A stretch of DNA of 64,000 nt, taken from contig NW_019091356.1 of NCBI RefSeq assembly GCF_001949145.1, forward strand, positions 1,987,667-2,051,666, read 5' to 3'. Positions 47,323-59,944 of the stretch are shown in pieces; the first letter of the stretch is position 1; each line of letters opens with the position of its first letter. Origin of the DNA: Acanthaster planci. Its lineage: Eukaryota. The notes beneath the pieces were generated by a model. That model was not told the origin of the DNA and did not search any database. It was given only the letters and a program-made list of their open reading frames with translations. The translations under genes were made by a program, and so were the position numbers.

Positions 47323-50300
47323 ATGCCCGAGGAAAGCGTGAAAGTCGCCGTGCGCGTGCGGCCTTTCATATCCTTTTGATGGGAAATTCTTTTCCTACCC
47401 CATGTATTGCTAGGTCGACGTCCACACAGCTGTACGTGACTGTGGCCCGGGTACATTAAAGTTGAGGGGCTAGGCTCTAGTTTTACTTTTAAGGGGATAC
47501 CATCAAGCAATGGGGTTCAGTAGCTGGGAGGAATAAATTTACATAATGGTTTAGGAAGTGTGGTTAACTTTGTGGTGTTTATGGTCTGATAATGAAGTGG
47601 AGTTCTTTCCTCCGTCGTGTCAGTGATGTTTGTCAGACATCCCAAGTGGACCAAGAAAAAAGGGGAAAGGTTTGATACGGACAACACTTGATACCCCTGT
47701 GCATAAACCTTGAACTTGCTTGGAAAAAAAAATGTTTTCATTTTGTTTCAAAGTAAATGCTTGAGAATTTTCTTTGCAAAAGTTCACTTTTTATGACATG
47801 TTATTACTTTCTGACAGCTGATCAGTGTTGTAAAATTTTGATGGAAAATCGATTGTTTGTGTATGGAACTCTTTCCAAAAACAGTGACAGCCATTTGGCC
47901 TACTATTCTTATTTTCAGAGGATCTGAGAATGTTTTTTCCTCTAGCTAGGATAACACAAAAACAGAATATGCCTAAGCTCAATAACCAAAGATTTACAAC
48001 AGGATGTTTGGGCATAATGTGTACCAATTTTTTACTGCTGTGTTGGTGGTTTTGTGTAGCTGTAATTAGTATCAGGCGTCTACTGTCTATTGTCTGCTAC
48101 TTCCACTGTGGGGACGCAGAAGAGCCGAGTGCGTAAGTCTCCCTCTTCCAATGCCTAGCCTTTCCACCATCAAGATACCTGCAGTGCCTCTGTTTAGCAA
48201 CGCATCACTTTACTACAGTGAAAATAATCACCAGCCCCCCCCCCAAAGTAGACAGGTTACCAATGTCTCTTACAGGCTCCACTCAGTACTTTATGAACAA
48301 ATTAAAATGTCAAGGGATAGGCTGGTTACTGCTGGCTTTCTGGCAAAGATTTTGAATCCTTAACCGGCCACACAACTCTCGTGAGAAGGCCCGCGGTGCC
48401 CAACTGATCATCGGTATGAACGCCGGTACCACAACCATACTGAACCCGGAGGCCCCGAATGAAGAACCCAAGAAGTTCAACTTTGATTACAGCTACTGGT
48501 CGCACGATGGCTTTGAGGAACGAGACGAAGTCCTTGTGCCTGTCTCGCCAAAATACGACAGCCAGGTATTACACTGTTGTCAAGTTCGACAAACCTTCCC
48601 CCTTAAAGATTGCTCATCACACTCAAAAACTAAAAGGAGAACCAAAAAACCAAATAATTGAAAAGAAATGTTATAAAGCTTTTTTATAACTGGTAATGAA
48701 AGTCTGCTGCAATAGTGTGAACTATGGTTATGAAAATAAAATGCTGCATTACTGTTGTGAGACACGTGGAGTCGAGATATGTTGGCCACACTTTTGTCTC
48801 TTGGATCACACAAACAGCTGGCTTTAGGGCTGAAACACTGCCCTCACAGTGTCTTCCAGTCTGGGATTTCCGAGGTCAGTAGCTGTCTCTTTATTTCTTA
48901 TTTGGTAGAAAAAAGTGTTTGACGATCTAGGCGTGGGTGTACTGCAGAACGCATGGGATGGATACAACTCCTGCCTCTTTGCCTATGGGCAGACTGGATC
49001 GGGAAAGTCCTTCTCTATCTTTGGCTACGGGCCAAACAAAGGTATCCTGAAAACTTCAATATCCCCGCCCTATGAAATGTTGCCGGACAAAATAAGAGTA
49101 TTACGCTTAATAATATGCTTCCAAAAAACCTGCCGTCCCTGTATGATATCTAGATTTTCAACGAAAAATTGCGTGAACACAACCCTTCCCCTTGATATAA
49201 AGATATCTCTTCTCTTAAGGCTTAGGGAATTCCATGTTTTTGCCATGTTGAAATCTGGCGCATATGTATTAAACATTTAAAAAGTGGATTGTTTTTGAAG
49301 ACAGCCTTTGTTTCAGTGTCTAGATAGACAGTCCTTGTGGTGAGAAACGGGTCGTGTTTTTCTGAATGCATGAATAATTTCATATCCCTGACAACTTCTG
49401 TCACACCTTCCTATACCTGAAAAAAAACATATACTCATTCTGTCTTCATGTTCTTTGGATGTTTGATTACAGATCACTTGCTGATAAACTTTTCTTTCTC
49501 TTTTTTATAAATTCTATTTAGGGGTTATTCCCATCTTCTGTGACCAACTCTTTGTGGAGGTGGCCAACAGGAGAGAGTCGGGGACCAAGACAGAGTTTGA
49601 GGTGATGTTCAGCATGCTGGAGATCTACAACGAGCAGGTGCGGGACCTGCTGAACCCTGCCTCCCACAAGAAGGGTGGTCTCCGGGTCAGGGAACACCCC
49701 AAAAAGGGATTTTATGGTAAGGTCATAATTTAGGTGAATTATTCTGGAATGGTATTGAGTGGATTGCTCTTGAGCTACTGAATGTGTTTAGTTTTGGTTT
49801 TAATGTCTTTTTTGTACCTTATATTGTCTTGTTTTTAAAAACTTCACTGAAATTATAATTTAAGTTTTGCTTTTTAATTATTCTGGGAAACTTTCCCAGA
49901 ATAATTAAAAAGCAATTTTTTTTCAAGGGAATTTTTCTTGCTGATTTGATTTTGAAAGATCTAGAAACAAACAATGCAGTCTGTAGTTTTTAATGTTGAA
50001 ACATTCTTGTCCAGTTCGGTTTCCTTTTATTTTTGATATATGACATCAAACTTGGGAGAATGTTAGGCCAAACAGAGACAAAGAAGTTTGAATGAAAAAC
50101 AAAATTAGCAGCATTATCAGTGTTCATGCCTGCAATCTGAAAAAAATGGGAGCAAAATGGCATTACTTTTACCTGTTTTCTATGTAATTCTGGCCGTACC
50201 TGTACAAATTTGTTTCTCTGTTTTGAAAAAAAATCACTTCTATAGTTGAGCAGCTGCGTAATGTGCCTGTTCAAAGCTACCAGCAAATTGAGGACCGTAT

Positions 50301-53300
50301 GGATGAAGGCACGCGCAACCGCTCTGTAGCCGCAACCCAGATGAACGCCACAAGCAGCCGCGCCCACACCATAGTGGGCATCACGTTCACCCAGAAGACC
50401 GTCAACGACGCTGGGCAGGAGATGTCAAAGGTCGCCGTGGTGAACTTGGTGGACTTAGCCGGCAGGTGGGTGATGAATTGACCAATGCAAAGTTTTTGTA
50501 TTTCACCCAAATATTTGACCATGCAGAAACTTTTTTTCAATTTTGACTTCAGAAAGTGAGCGAGGTGCAAGACTGATGGTGTGTTTCAAGGCTTGGCCAG
50601 ACACATTTGCATTTGCAGTCATTGCTTTCTTTTGTGAACAACATTTTAGTGAGCGTGCTGAATCGACAGGGGCTACCGGTGACCGACTGAAGGAAGGAGC
50701 TGCCATCAACCAATCACTGTCTTCCCTGGGCAACGTCATCTCGGCATTGGCTGATAGGGCAAAGGGCAAAAAGGTTAAAGGTGAATGTTGCCCATGATTT
50801 ATCTCTTAAATTTGTTTGTTTCTTTTTTTAGAATTTCAATGGGAAATTTGAAATGCTTGGCAATTTGAACTTTCCGCAGTTCCTACATGGCATTATTTGT
50901 GTTTTTAGAATAGAAAAAAGTTGTATCTTTCATTATCCCAGACCCTCTCATTTTCCATAGATACGCTTATAGGGAAGTGAATCAAATGCAGTAATGTGTC
51001 TTGCCTATGGACACAAGTACTTAATGGCCTATCTGGGGACTTGTTGATAAAAGAAGTGACAAACATCTGATATGAAGGAAGCCTTCACGATTTATTTATA
51101 TTAAATTGATTACTTTCTTTGTTTTTATTATTTTCAAAAATAGTACCATTCCGTGACTCTGTACTAACCAAACTGCTGAAGAACGCCTTGGGCGGAAACA
51201 GCAAAACTATCATGATTGCCGCCCTCAGTCCGGCTGACATCAACTACGAAGAGACACTGTCGACACTTCGATATGGTAAGTTGGAGGAAGGAAACACAGA
51301 ATGTATTGAACAGTACAAAACCTGTCCGACACAGTGCGGTGACTGTTTGGACCCCTATCCTCCCAGATCCTGCCAAATCCACCACTGGGATTTTTGTAGG
51401 ATTTTGTAGGATTTTGTAGGAATCAGATGGGCAGACCCAAGCCGTTTAACACGGATGTCCACTGAATGAGAATAGTAGAAAGAAATTGCCATTGGTTTCT
51501 TGCACCATGAAAGAATTTGGAGGTTTTGGGGAAGGTACCAAGGGCGAATACATAATGTCGAAATGGCTAACCTGAGCACATTCTTCAAATGATTTTCTGC
51601 AGCTGACCGTGCTAAACAGATCAAGACGTCTGCCGTGGTCAACGAGGACCCTACAGAGAAGCTGATCCGAGAGCTGAAGGAGGAGAACGCCCGACTGATG
51701 GAGGCCATCAAGAAAGGCGGCCTGGTCATGGTAGCCGATGACGAGGACAGAAAAGAAGGCATGACCGAGGAAGGTGGGTTGAAAGACACAGAGGCCAGGG
51801 AGCAAAACTTGTAAGGCGACGGATGGTCCCTAGGCAACAAAGACATGGGATGGGTGATTGGGTTCCACCAGTAAATGATTGAAACTGATTGTGTCACTTA
51901 ATGACACCTTGAAACCTGTGATCTTTGTCTTTTACCCTGACTATTCAAATGGCCTCTTTATTCTCCGCAGAGCGAGCTGCCATCAGGAAGGAGTTGGAGG
52001 AGGAGATGCAGGCCCGGCTGGAGGCCACAGAGCGAGAGCTGGGCTACATGAAGCAGAGCTGGGAAGACAAGCTCAAACAGGCTGAGGTGAGGGTAGAATG
52101 CAGAGTGAAACAAGGGGTAACTGGTGGTTCTCACCCCGAGGTACCTCCCCATCGAGGTGAACCTCAAGTTACCCTCTGTTAAATTTGGCCTCTTTCACTT
52201 CTAACTTTGTGGCCATTCCTTGAAGCTTGCCTTTCTCTCTGACCTTGGCACCATTTCCAGGTCTTCGGTGTTCACAGCAAATTAACAAATCTTTCCATGT
52301 ACATTTCATGTTATTTGATTTTTGCCATATTAAAATCCGTTACATATACTGAGCTGAAATAATGGTGGGAGATCTCAAAGGGGGAGCCCAAAGCTGGGGA
52401 TGTACCCAAAGAAAGGTAGAATAAGCCTTACTTTATTACCTCAAAATCAGGTTGCGCCATTCCCAGGGGGCTAAGACAGTGCGAGAATTGCAAAGTTATG
52501 ACCCTGATAAGCAGGGGTTACTCTTATGTAGCACTCCGAATGGTAATGTCAGTAGATACATTTTCATGTCTTTTATTTTGATTTCTTGTAAAATGGTGAC
52601 CTTCGGAGTTTTTTTTTGTCCTTGCAGGGTGGGGATGACGGAGAGAGGGCCAAGAAAGAAGCCAAGAAGACCACGCCTCATCTCTACAACCTGAACCAAG
52701 ACTCCCAGCTCAGCGGGATGATCGTCTTCCTGCTGGGGCCCGGTAGCTACAAGGTGGGCAACAACAAGGCCGAGACACTGCCGGAAATCGTGCTGAATGG
52801 ACTCAGGTCAGTCTCTGGATAATTGCAGCATTTCAGGCTTTGGGACAGTACATTTTTTTTCAGAGCTGAGCTTTAGGAGTTTCGTCAGTAACTCTTGATG
52901 TTCATTTCCAAATCAACATTTTTTCAGTTGTCAATAGCTGAGGGAATCTGTCTTTGTTTTGAATGATTATGCCAGTGTTTACCACCGGGGAACAAAAGCA
53001 CTCTAGGGATGAGCGATGCAGTACCGCTGCAAGCTAATCTGGGGGTGCATTTGAAGTGCAGCGCACTGGGCCAGTTTGGAGAACAAAAGAAAATTATGTA
53101 ACACCGCACAATCTATGCTCTCTTTGCAAGGCGGCAGGCCTGGCTGAAATACTCGGGCGTCAACAGATGTTGTCTGTCAGATTAGAGTAGTCACCAGACA
53201 GTCATTCATGTGGGTGTAAACGTCCAGTAAATGAAGTTATGAATTTTCAAAGCATTTTGAAAACAGAAAATCTTGACAATTCTCCAGGTATACTTCATTC

Positions 53301-56300
53301 AACTTCAAATTAAACCTGGCAGCATGTGATTAAATTCACTCTGAAATAACGGTGCCATTCCCAGGTTGGCTGTGACTGTTACATGTATGTCTTTTTTCCC
53401 TTTTTTTTTTAGTCCTGGGGTGTCTTTCCACCACGAAATAGTAGTTGAGAAATTTCTGTCAAGGTTTTCCGAGGGTGGGATCTCAGTATGCCTGAGTGTG
53501 TTTGTTATATCCATCCACAGCATTCAGAAGGAGCACGGCGTAATCGCGAACGACAACGGCAAGGTGTTCCTGGAAAAGGGCAGCTCGGAGGCCAAGATCC
53601 TGGTCAATGGCGACCCGCTCGTGGGCAGGGTGGAACTGGATCACAACGACAGGTGAGCAAGGGAGTTTTGGGTTGATGTCGTCGGTGAAGTCTCAACGGA
53701 GGACATCCAGGTGTACTTTTTTGGAGGGGAGTGGTCCCTGTTACTATGACCATCCTATATCCACTCTTTACATTAGGCCTCATAGGACAATATATTTCAA
53801 TTACCATCTATTCCCATTTGAAACTTTTGATCCAAAAAGCACCGGAAATTTTCTTGTCCTTTTACTAAATCAGAGACCATTTCGCAAGTAAGTTGTAATT
53901 ATGGTGTTTTCTGTCATAGGATCATGTTTGGCAGCAACCACCTGTATGTCTTCCAGCATCCCCAGCTTTACAAGGCTAAGCCAACCAACTATGTGGGCGT
54001 GGTCACCTATGAATCTGCCCAAGAAGAGATCGCTGAGAAGAACGGATTTGACATGACCTCCAATAACTCCAAAGGTTGGTCTGGCATATTCCCATCTTTG
54101 ACACAGCTTTCTAATAAGTTGAAAGGTCTTTCCAGCACATTTCTCTAGCCATGATCCCCATTTTGTCTAGGGATCTGATTGGCAAAATTCTTCTTTTTAA
54201 CGCCCAAGTAATCCACAGGTCTGTCCGGTAACTTTCCTCTTTGACATGACTTCTATTTAGTCCAAGGATCCGACTGACAAATTTTTTAAGCCTGACACCC
54301 AGCAGTCCAAAGGTCTCTCTGGCAAATTTCTCCCCATCATGACCTCAATTTTATCCAAAGGTTTGTCCAGCAAACACTTTCTGTCACGACCCCAAAACAG
54401 TCCAAAGGTTGAGCAGGCAAATTTGTTTAGAAATGACCTGCAGTAATCACAACGGTTTGTTTAGCAATGCCATCAACTAAAAGTTGTTCATCTGGCAGCT
54501 CTTTGGCAAGACATCCGGTAATTGAAAATTCTATTTTGATTGGTTTTCATATAAATCAAAACTTTCTAAGGTTTTGGATTTACTTAGTTTCTCATCCATC
54601 ATTTTATTCTCCACACTTAGCCCCCCCCCCTTTACAACCTCTTGCTCCTCCCCAAAATTGACCAACATTGGCATTTCCAAAGCATTCGAAACCCTTGGTC
54701 AAGTTCTCTAGTCTCTTAACAAGGACCTTTTCTCTTTGCGTTGCCCACTTCCTCAGAGGACATGCTGCTGCATGAGGACCTGGTGGAGATGATCCCGGCC
54801 GTGGAGGAGGCCAACGCCATCAGCGAGGAGCTGGACCAGAAGGTCAAGTTTGAGATAGTCGTCATGTCGCCCAAAGCACGCGGCCTGGCCCACGGTCGCA
54901 CAGAGGTAGGCCTCACCTTCTCGGCACCCAGTGCTCTAGTCCAACATGACATATCGATTCTCCTTGTCCTCTGTTATTCTTGTAAAAGCATAACATTTCA
55001 ATTCGAGATAAATTTAGACTCTCAATTTTCAAATTTTGGTTAAAGCCCCTGACACCCAACTCCGCAACGGATTATGGATTGTCGCTCCTATTATTGACCA
55101 TACCAGGGATGAGATTTTAGGAAAAGGAAATTACATGAAATAATCCTCAGATGTTTGGAGGGTCCCGTAGCGGTGTACAGTCTATGCTTTACATTTGTTT
55201 TGCCTAAAGGCACATTTTAAATCAGTCAGGAGTACTACCACATAAGGGCACTGTGACCTTTTCTGTACCCCTATTGACTATGTTTCGGTAGTCATCACCA
55301 AAATACAGTAATATTCGTCCAACTTCAACGTTATATATCTCAAATTGGTAACAATGAATTTCTCATCACATCGGTACAAAGGTGTTTTAGAATTTATAGA
55401 TGATGTCTGTAATGGTCTTGTCTTTTGCACAGCCAATCAAATTTTTGCAAACGGAGCTTTTCCCTCCGTGTTTTTTCTTCCATATGCTCCAACCTTTAAG
55501 CAAAGCACCCCATATCATGGAAACACCCACAATCCTTTGCAGCCTGCTAGAACAGGCCTTGTGATTGGTCGGATTGTACAAGGTTTGTGACATATAGCCT
55601 GTCCAAATAGGGTAATACTCCAGACTGTAGATTGTCCATTTCTTGAGTTCTGTATCAACTTTTCCACATAAAAATACCATGATGGACTCGCTATTTTCCA
55701 GAATTTAAAGGATATTTTTGTTTGAAAATCCTGGCACATTTCACATACACCATACGCATGCAAAAGAGTAGTAAGTGTCTCCAGTGTGCTGAAATCCTTT
55801 TGAGGGGCACCATAAAGGTAAACGTGCTCATTCTGGTCTCACCCCCCCACGCATGGCAAAGCCAAGCTCTTGATGAATTGGCTCTTGACACCTGTTGTCT
55901 CAAAGGTGTGCGTGAAGATGAGAAACCTGGAGAAGGACCTGGAGTACATCTGGCCCAGGGACAAGTTTGTGCGGCGCAAGTACCTCATGCAGGAGATGTA
56001 CCAGAACTTCACCGAGGGCGAGGATTGGTCGCTTCCTGACGTGAGTACGAGGAACTCAAATGGGGTCTCAAACTTGGGTAAATGTCCAAGACGGCATTGC
56101 ATGTTATTCCTTCCTTGTTCTTATCGCCTGGTAATGGTGCGAGAAGGTTCTCTGTCACCAGTGAGGCATTCAGTGTTGCATCAAACCTGTACTTGCAGTG
56201 CTTACAAAGAATCAGTTGTCAATCTAAGAGATCTCCCAAAGTGAGATTCGAACCTTTTCATTATTTTGTACAAGTGAGGATGGCTAAACCAAAGATCTCA

Positions 56301-59300
56301 CCGATGAGTTTTTAGGTTCGCTCTCTGTGACCAGTTTAAGAGCACACCTCAAAAACCTGATAGCCTTGATAGGATAGGCTACTGGCTGTTGGTTGATTCA
56401 AAGAATGAGAAGGAAGCTTTCTAGGCTTTTAATCAGGTGGATCTAATTGACATTGGCTCAATATGCAAGACACGAATGCTTGTAAGGAATTCATTTCAAT
56501 CTTCTGAACTGTTTACTCCCTTCAGGAGAAGAATCCCTTCACAGAGCCAGCAGACCAGGAGGTTCTCATAGGAACAGTCAACGTTTACATGCAGAGTCTG
56601 GCTTACCTGGTAAGCTCTCCATCAACTCTCCACCATTGATGTCAGTCCATTTACCTACAGTGTGAATTAAGTTTTTATTTAGTGTTTGTCCTTGAAAGGA
56701 TCATTTCTTGTGGTTTCTCCTCTCCTGGAAGGATAATTAAATAAAAGCGCCTAAACAAAGCTGTGTATTAAATGGGACTTCCCATGCAGTATTTGAACTT
56801 TAAGAAAGCAGCTTAGTGCCCTCTAGTGTTTTAGTCAAATCCAACACAACCTTCAAGTCCATCACAACTTGGCCAGTCTTGTCATGTCAAGTTGCTAGGT
56901 ATTTGTCCTTGTTCATTCTGTTGCCTGTGACATCATGGACTCGTTCAAAGGCCTTGTGATTGGACTTGCGAGGCGTGCAGTGGGCTCGACAAAAAAATGA
57001 GGTGCTCACTGCCAGGCCACGGAACTTGCCGATATTCCAGGTAGACAGTCTTGTCCTCAGACGGAAGCTGAACGTTCCGGCAAGCCGAGTCTGCCTCCTG
57101 AGGGTGATCTTGAAGATATTCGAGATCATGGTTTCTTTGTAGTCCACTTTTGATTTAACCAAGCCTGATTCCACGCTTTCCCCCTTCCCTCCCATCCTTA
57201 ACCACTCCCCCCCTCCATTTCAGATTGAATCTAAAGAGCAGCTGGACATCACGGATTACCGGGGAAAGGAGCTGGGTCTCCTGAACATGGAGCTGGTGCC
57301 CTGTCACAAGAACGGCAAAGAGATCAAGGAAGACGACGATCTCTTCATCGACCATCCCAACGAGCTGGTGGGGAGGGACCTCAACTTTGTTGTCAAGATC
57401 AACAGCGCCATGGGAATCCCCAGCAAATTCACTGTAAGCATGGCTCGCTTGGGTTCTGCCTGATAGACGATACCTACAGGAATGTTGGTCCTCTAAAGTC
57501 CTCTTTTTCCCCCAGAACTATGTTTTCTGCAATATTTCAAAGTTGTGTGTGAACTTCTTCCTGTGAAAAGTTGACCCTTGTTAACGAGAGGTCCTTCGGA
57601 CCTTGCAGGTTATTGTGTGAGAACAGGAAACTTGTATCATCTGGAGTTAAAACGATGAAGAAAAAAGGATTGGGACCAAAAAATGTCCTTATTGTAAGCA
57701 GAATGTTGCGTTAACAGTGCTCTTATTAGCAAGGTTCGACCGTATATGAAATTACAAAAAATTGGATCGTTCTTCTGGTATTGATTTTCGTCAAGACCAA
57801 GCTTGCGCTTTTGTAAGTTTGGGAAAAACATCTTCACACCCAAAACTCAAATTGCCTCTTGCTGCAGGCCAAAACGTGAAGGGTTGGCAATTGAGAGTCA
57901 ATTGTCAGATCTTTTGTATATTGACTGGCATCGCGAATATTGACCAGCATTTTATATATTGACCAACACCTTTTACCCCTGTAAATTAATTGACATCCAG
58001 TTTTTTGACTGGAATCTTGTTTTTATTGACTAGTGTGTCTTGTGTATTCGATAACTGTTGGCAGGGCATCCACTGTAAGTACAACGTGTTCCTGGAAACG
58101 GAGATGATCGACACCAACCACGTAAACGGGACCTCCAGCCCGGAATTCAAGCACAAGAAAGTTTTCAACTTCCCCGTGGTAACATCAAACGTAAGCCTCT
58201 TCAGTCCTCTGTGAAGTAACTGTAATAAACGTAAACGTAACAAGACGCCATTGCACCCTCGAACTTGCCCAGAATCCCCGGCATTCATTTGCGACGTTTT
58301 TGTGCCTTGTACAGCTGGTGCAATATCTCATCAATGACCACCTGGTCATCCAAGTCTGGGGGACCCAGAAAGACGCCCAGTCCAAAAACAAGGCCAAGAA
58401 GAACACCAAGGAGATCATGTTGGCCGAGGCGCTCACCAAGGGACGAGATGTCAACGCCATGGCTAACCAGGTAGCTGTTCTCACCCTACCACTCTCCCCC
58501 GTAGAATGTGCCTTCACAGTTCCAAAAATCAGATCTTCACTTATGATGGATTTTCATATGGGCCATCAACCTTTTTTGTCATCAATTTCCCAGTCCAGTA
58601 GTGTACGGTCAGACGAGTTATTATTTCCCTCAAGCGGAATTATGGGAAATTTTGATCCATTTCACATTTTGAGCCAGTCACCTAACACGACATTTCCGGG
58701 CAAATTTTTCTTAGTGGGTAGGATGATTCACTGCATGAAATACTTGTCATTTTCACCATGATGGGTACAAAATATCACTACCTGAGAATTCCAAGGTTTG
58801 TACATGATAGCGAGGCTTGCCTTTTATTCTTCAGGTGTCTGACCCTGCTATGAAGGCCAAGTACATGTTCCAGTTTGCCGTGATGAAGAAGCGGCAAGAG
58901 AGAATGGAAACCAAGATCGTGAGTATAGAATCAACTGTCCAGGAAAATCTAAAACTAAAAGAAAACATTTCGCTTGTTCTGTAAAATTTTGGCTGAGAAT
59001 TTTAGATTGAGATGGAGGAATTTGGAGAATCTTTGCGGGGGGGGGAAGCATCGAGGTGAAAGCATCGTAGCATAAAGACAGACCTAATTAAAGGAAATAC
59101 TAAAAAAAAAAACCTTTGTCTTGCTGCTTTCAGGCTCAGTTCCGTAAACTGGTGACCACGGCAGAGATGTCCAACAAGGCACGGGTGGAGACCATGGTCT
59201 TAAAGGCGGTCCTCAATGCTCAGAATGACAAGGTAGCTGACAAGGCCATTGCGCGCGTCCCCAAGGACGAAGGAGCTGGAAACTTGGGTAAGTAGTTTCA

Positions 59301-59944
59301 GCTGTTTTCTAGTGAGTTCTGGTCGCTGCGAAAAATTTGTCATGCAATTTTCTAGGAAAGATGATCAACCGACTGTGACCTCTTAGTGGGTATCAAACAT
59401 CAACAAACATGGTGTCCCATAGCAAAGTGAGTCCAAGTGTTGTTTACCGAAAATAAAAGCGATTTTCGGCATAGCACTCGGCACATCAGTAGTTGGAGTA
59501 CTGTACCAACCGTCAGCTTATTTCTGTAATTGACACTTATGACTCCGTCTTTGCTATGAGAGGACACCATGTTTGTTGATGTTTGATACCCACCATGGGT
59601 AACGTTACTTGTGGGCGCAAATCAGACTGGAGTCTAATCCTAAATGCAATTTCTTTTACACAATCAACACGAGACGTTGCTACATTTTCAAGACTCTTTA
59701 TTTCATTATGAAAATAAAAAATCCATTTCAACAAGCAACACGAAACACTTTGCATGATTACTTCTCAAGCAGAATATATATTTAATTTCGTTAATCCATC
59801 TGGTGGGCGGAAATGAAATGGCAGTAAGGCAAAGATGTGATTGAATCCAAGAAATGAATGCAAGAAATGCCACCTGTTATATGATGGGTTCTGTCACTTA
59901 CAGGAGAGGAAACTCAGAAGTCGGGAGTTTGTGCCGTCATGTGA
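47323..59944 (+). CDS. KIF28P: Kinesin-3 family KIF28 (KLP-6-like), 979 aa
   Basis: Exons 47323-47367, 48374-48565, 48909-49041, 49522-49716, 50246-50465, 50650-50780, 51144-51275, 51603-51773, 51971-52086, 52628-52806, 53521-53652, 53920-54074, 54757-54905, 55906-56040, 56526-56609, 57224-57433, 58065-58190, 58315-58470, 58835-58918, 59134-59287, 59904-59944 (2940 nt, no internal stop). [49 protein letters not shown]-type [24 protein letters not shown]; ends CAVM. Confidence 0.92.
47368..48373 (+). other. U12-type AT-AC intron, KIF28 intron 1 (1006 nt)
   Basis: Donor ATATCCTTTT; branch TCCTTAAC at 48357-48364; terminal AC at 48372-48373; joining gives the conserved VRVRPF|NSRE. Confidence 0.95.
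49867..49915. repeat. Perfect 49-bp palindrome (24-bp arms, 1-nt spacer), KIF28 intron 4
   Basis: ttgctttttaattattctgggaaa-c-tttcccagaataattaaaaagcaa. Confidence 0.95.
54047..54467 (+). repeat. Degenerate ~48-bp tandem repeat (~9 units) derived from the KIF28 exon 12/intron 12 junction
   Basis: Unit resembles ttgacatgacctccaataactccaaag|gttggtctggcatatt; donor-like cores recur at ~54075, 54126, 54171, 54219, 54267, 54313, 54361, 54408, 54455. Confidence 0.75.
57567..57744. mobile_element. Tc1/mariner(pogo)-like MITE, copy 2
   Basis: Co-linear similarity with 16025-16202; ends ..aggttcgaccgta. Confidence 0.55.
59386..59593. repeat. Inverted repeat (32-bp perfect arms plus imperfect extension), MITE-like, last KIF28 intron
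   Basis: gtgggtatcaaacatcaacaaacatggtgtcc (59386-59417) is the exact reverse complement of 59562-59593. Confidence 0.9.

Noticed and set aside
47323..59944. KIF28 as a pseudogene (as the human symbol suffix suggests) or as a tandem duplicate of CENP-E
   Set aside because: The ORF is intact over 21 exons. The two kinesins belong to different families (7 and 3) and have largely different exon structures.
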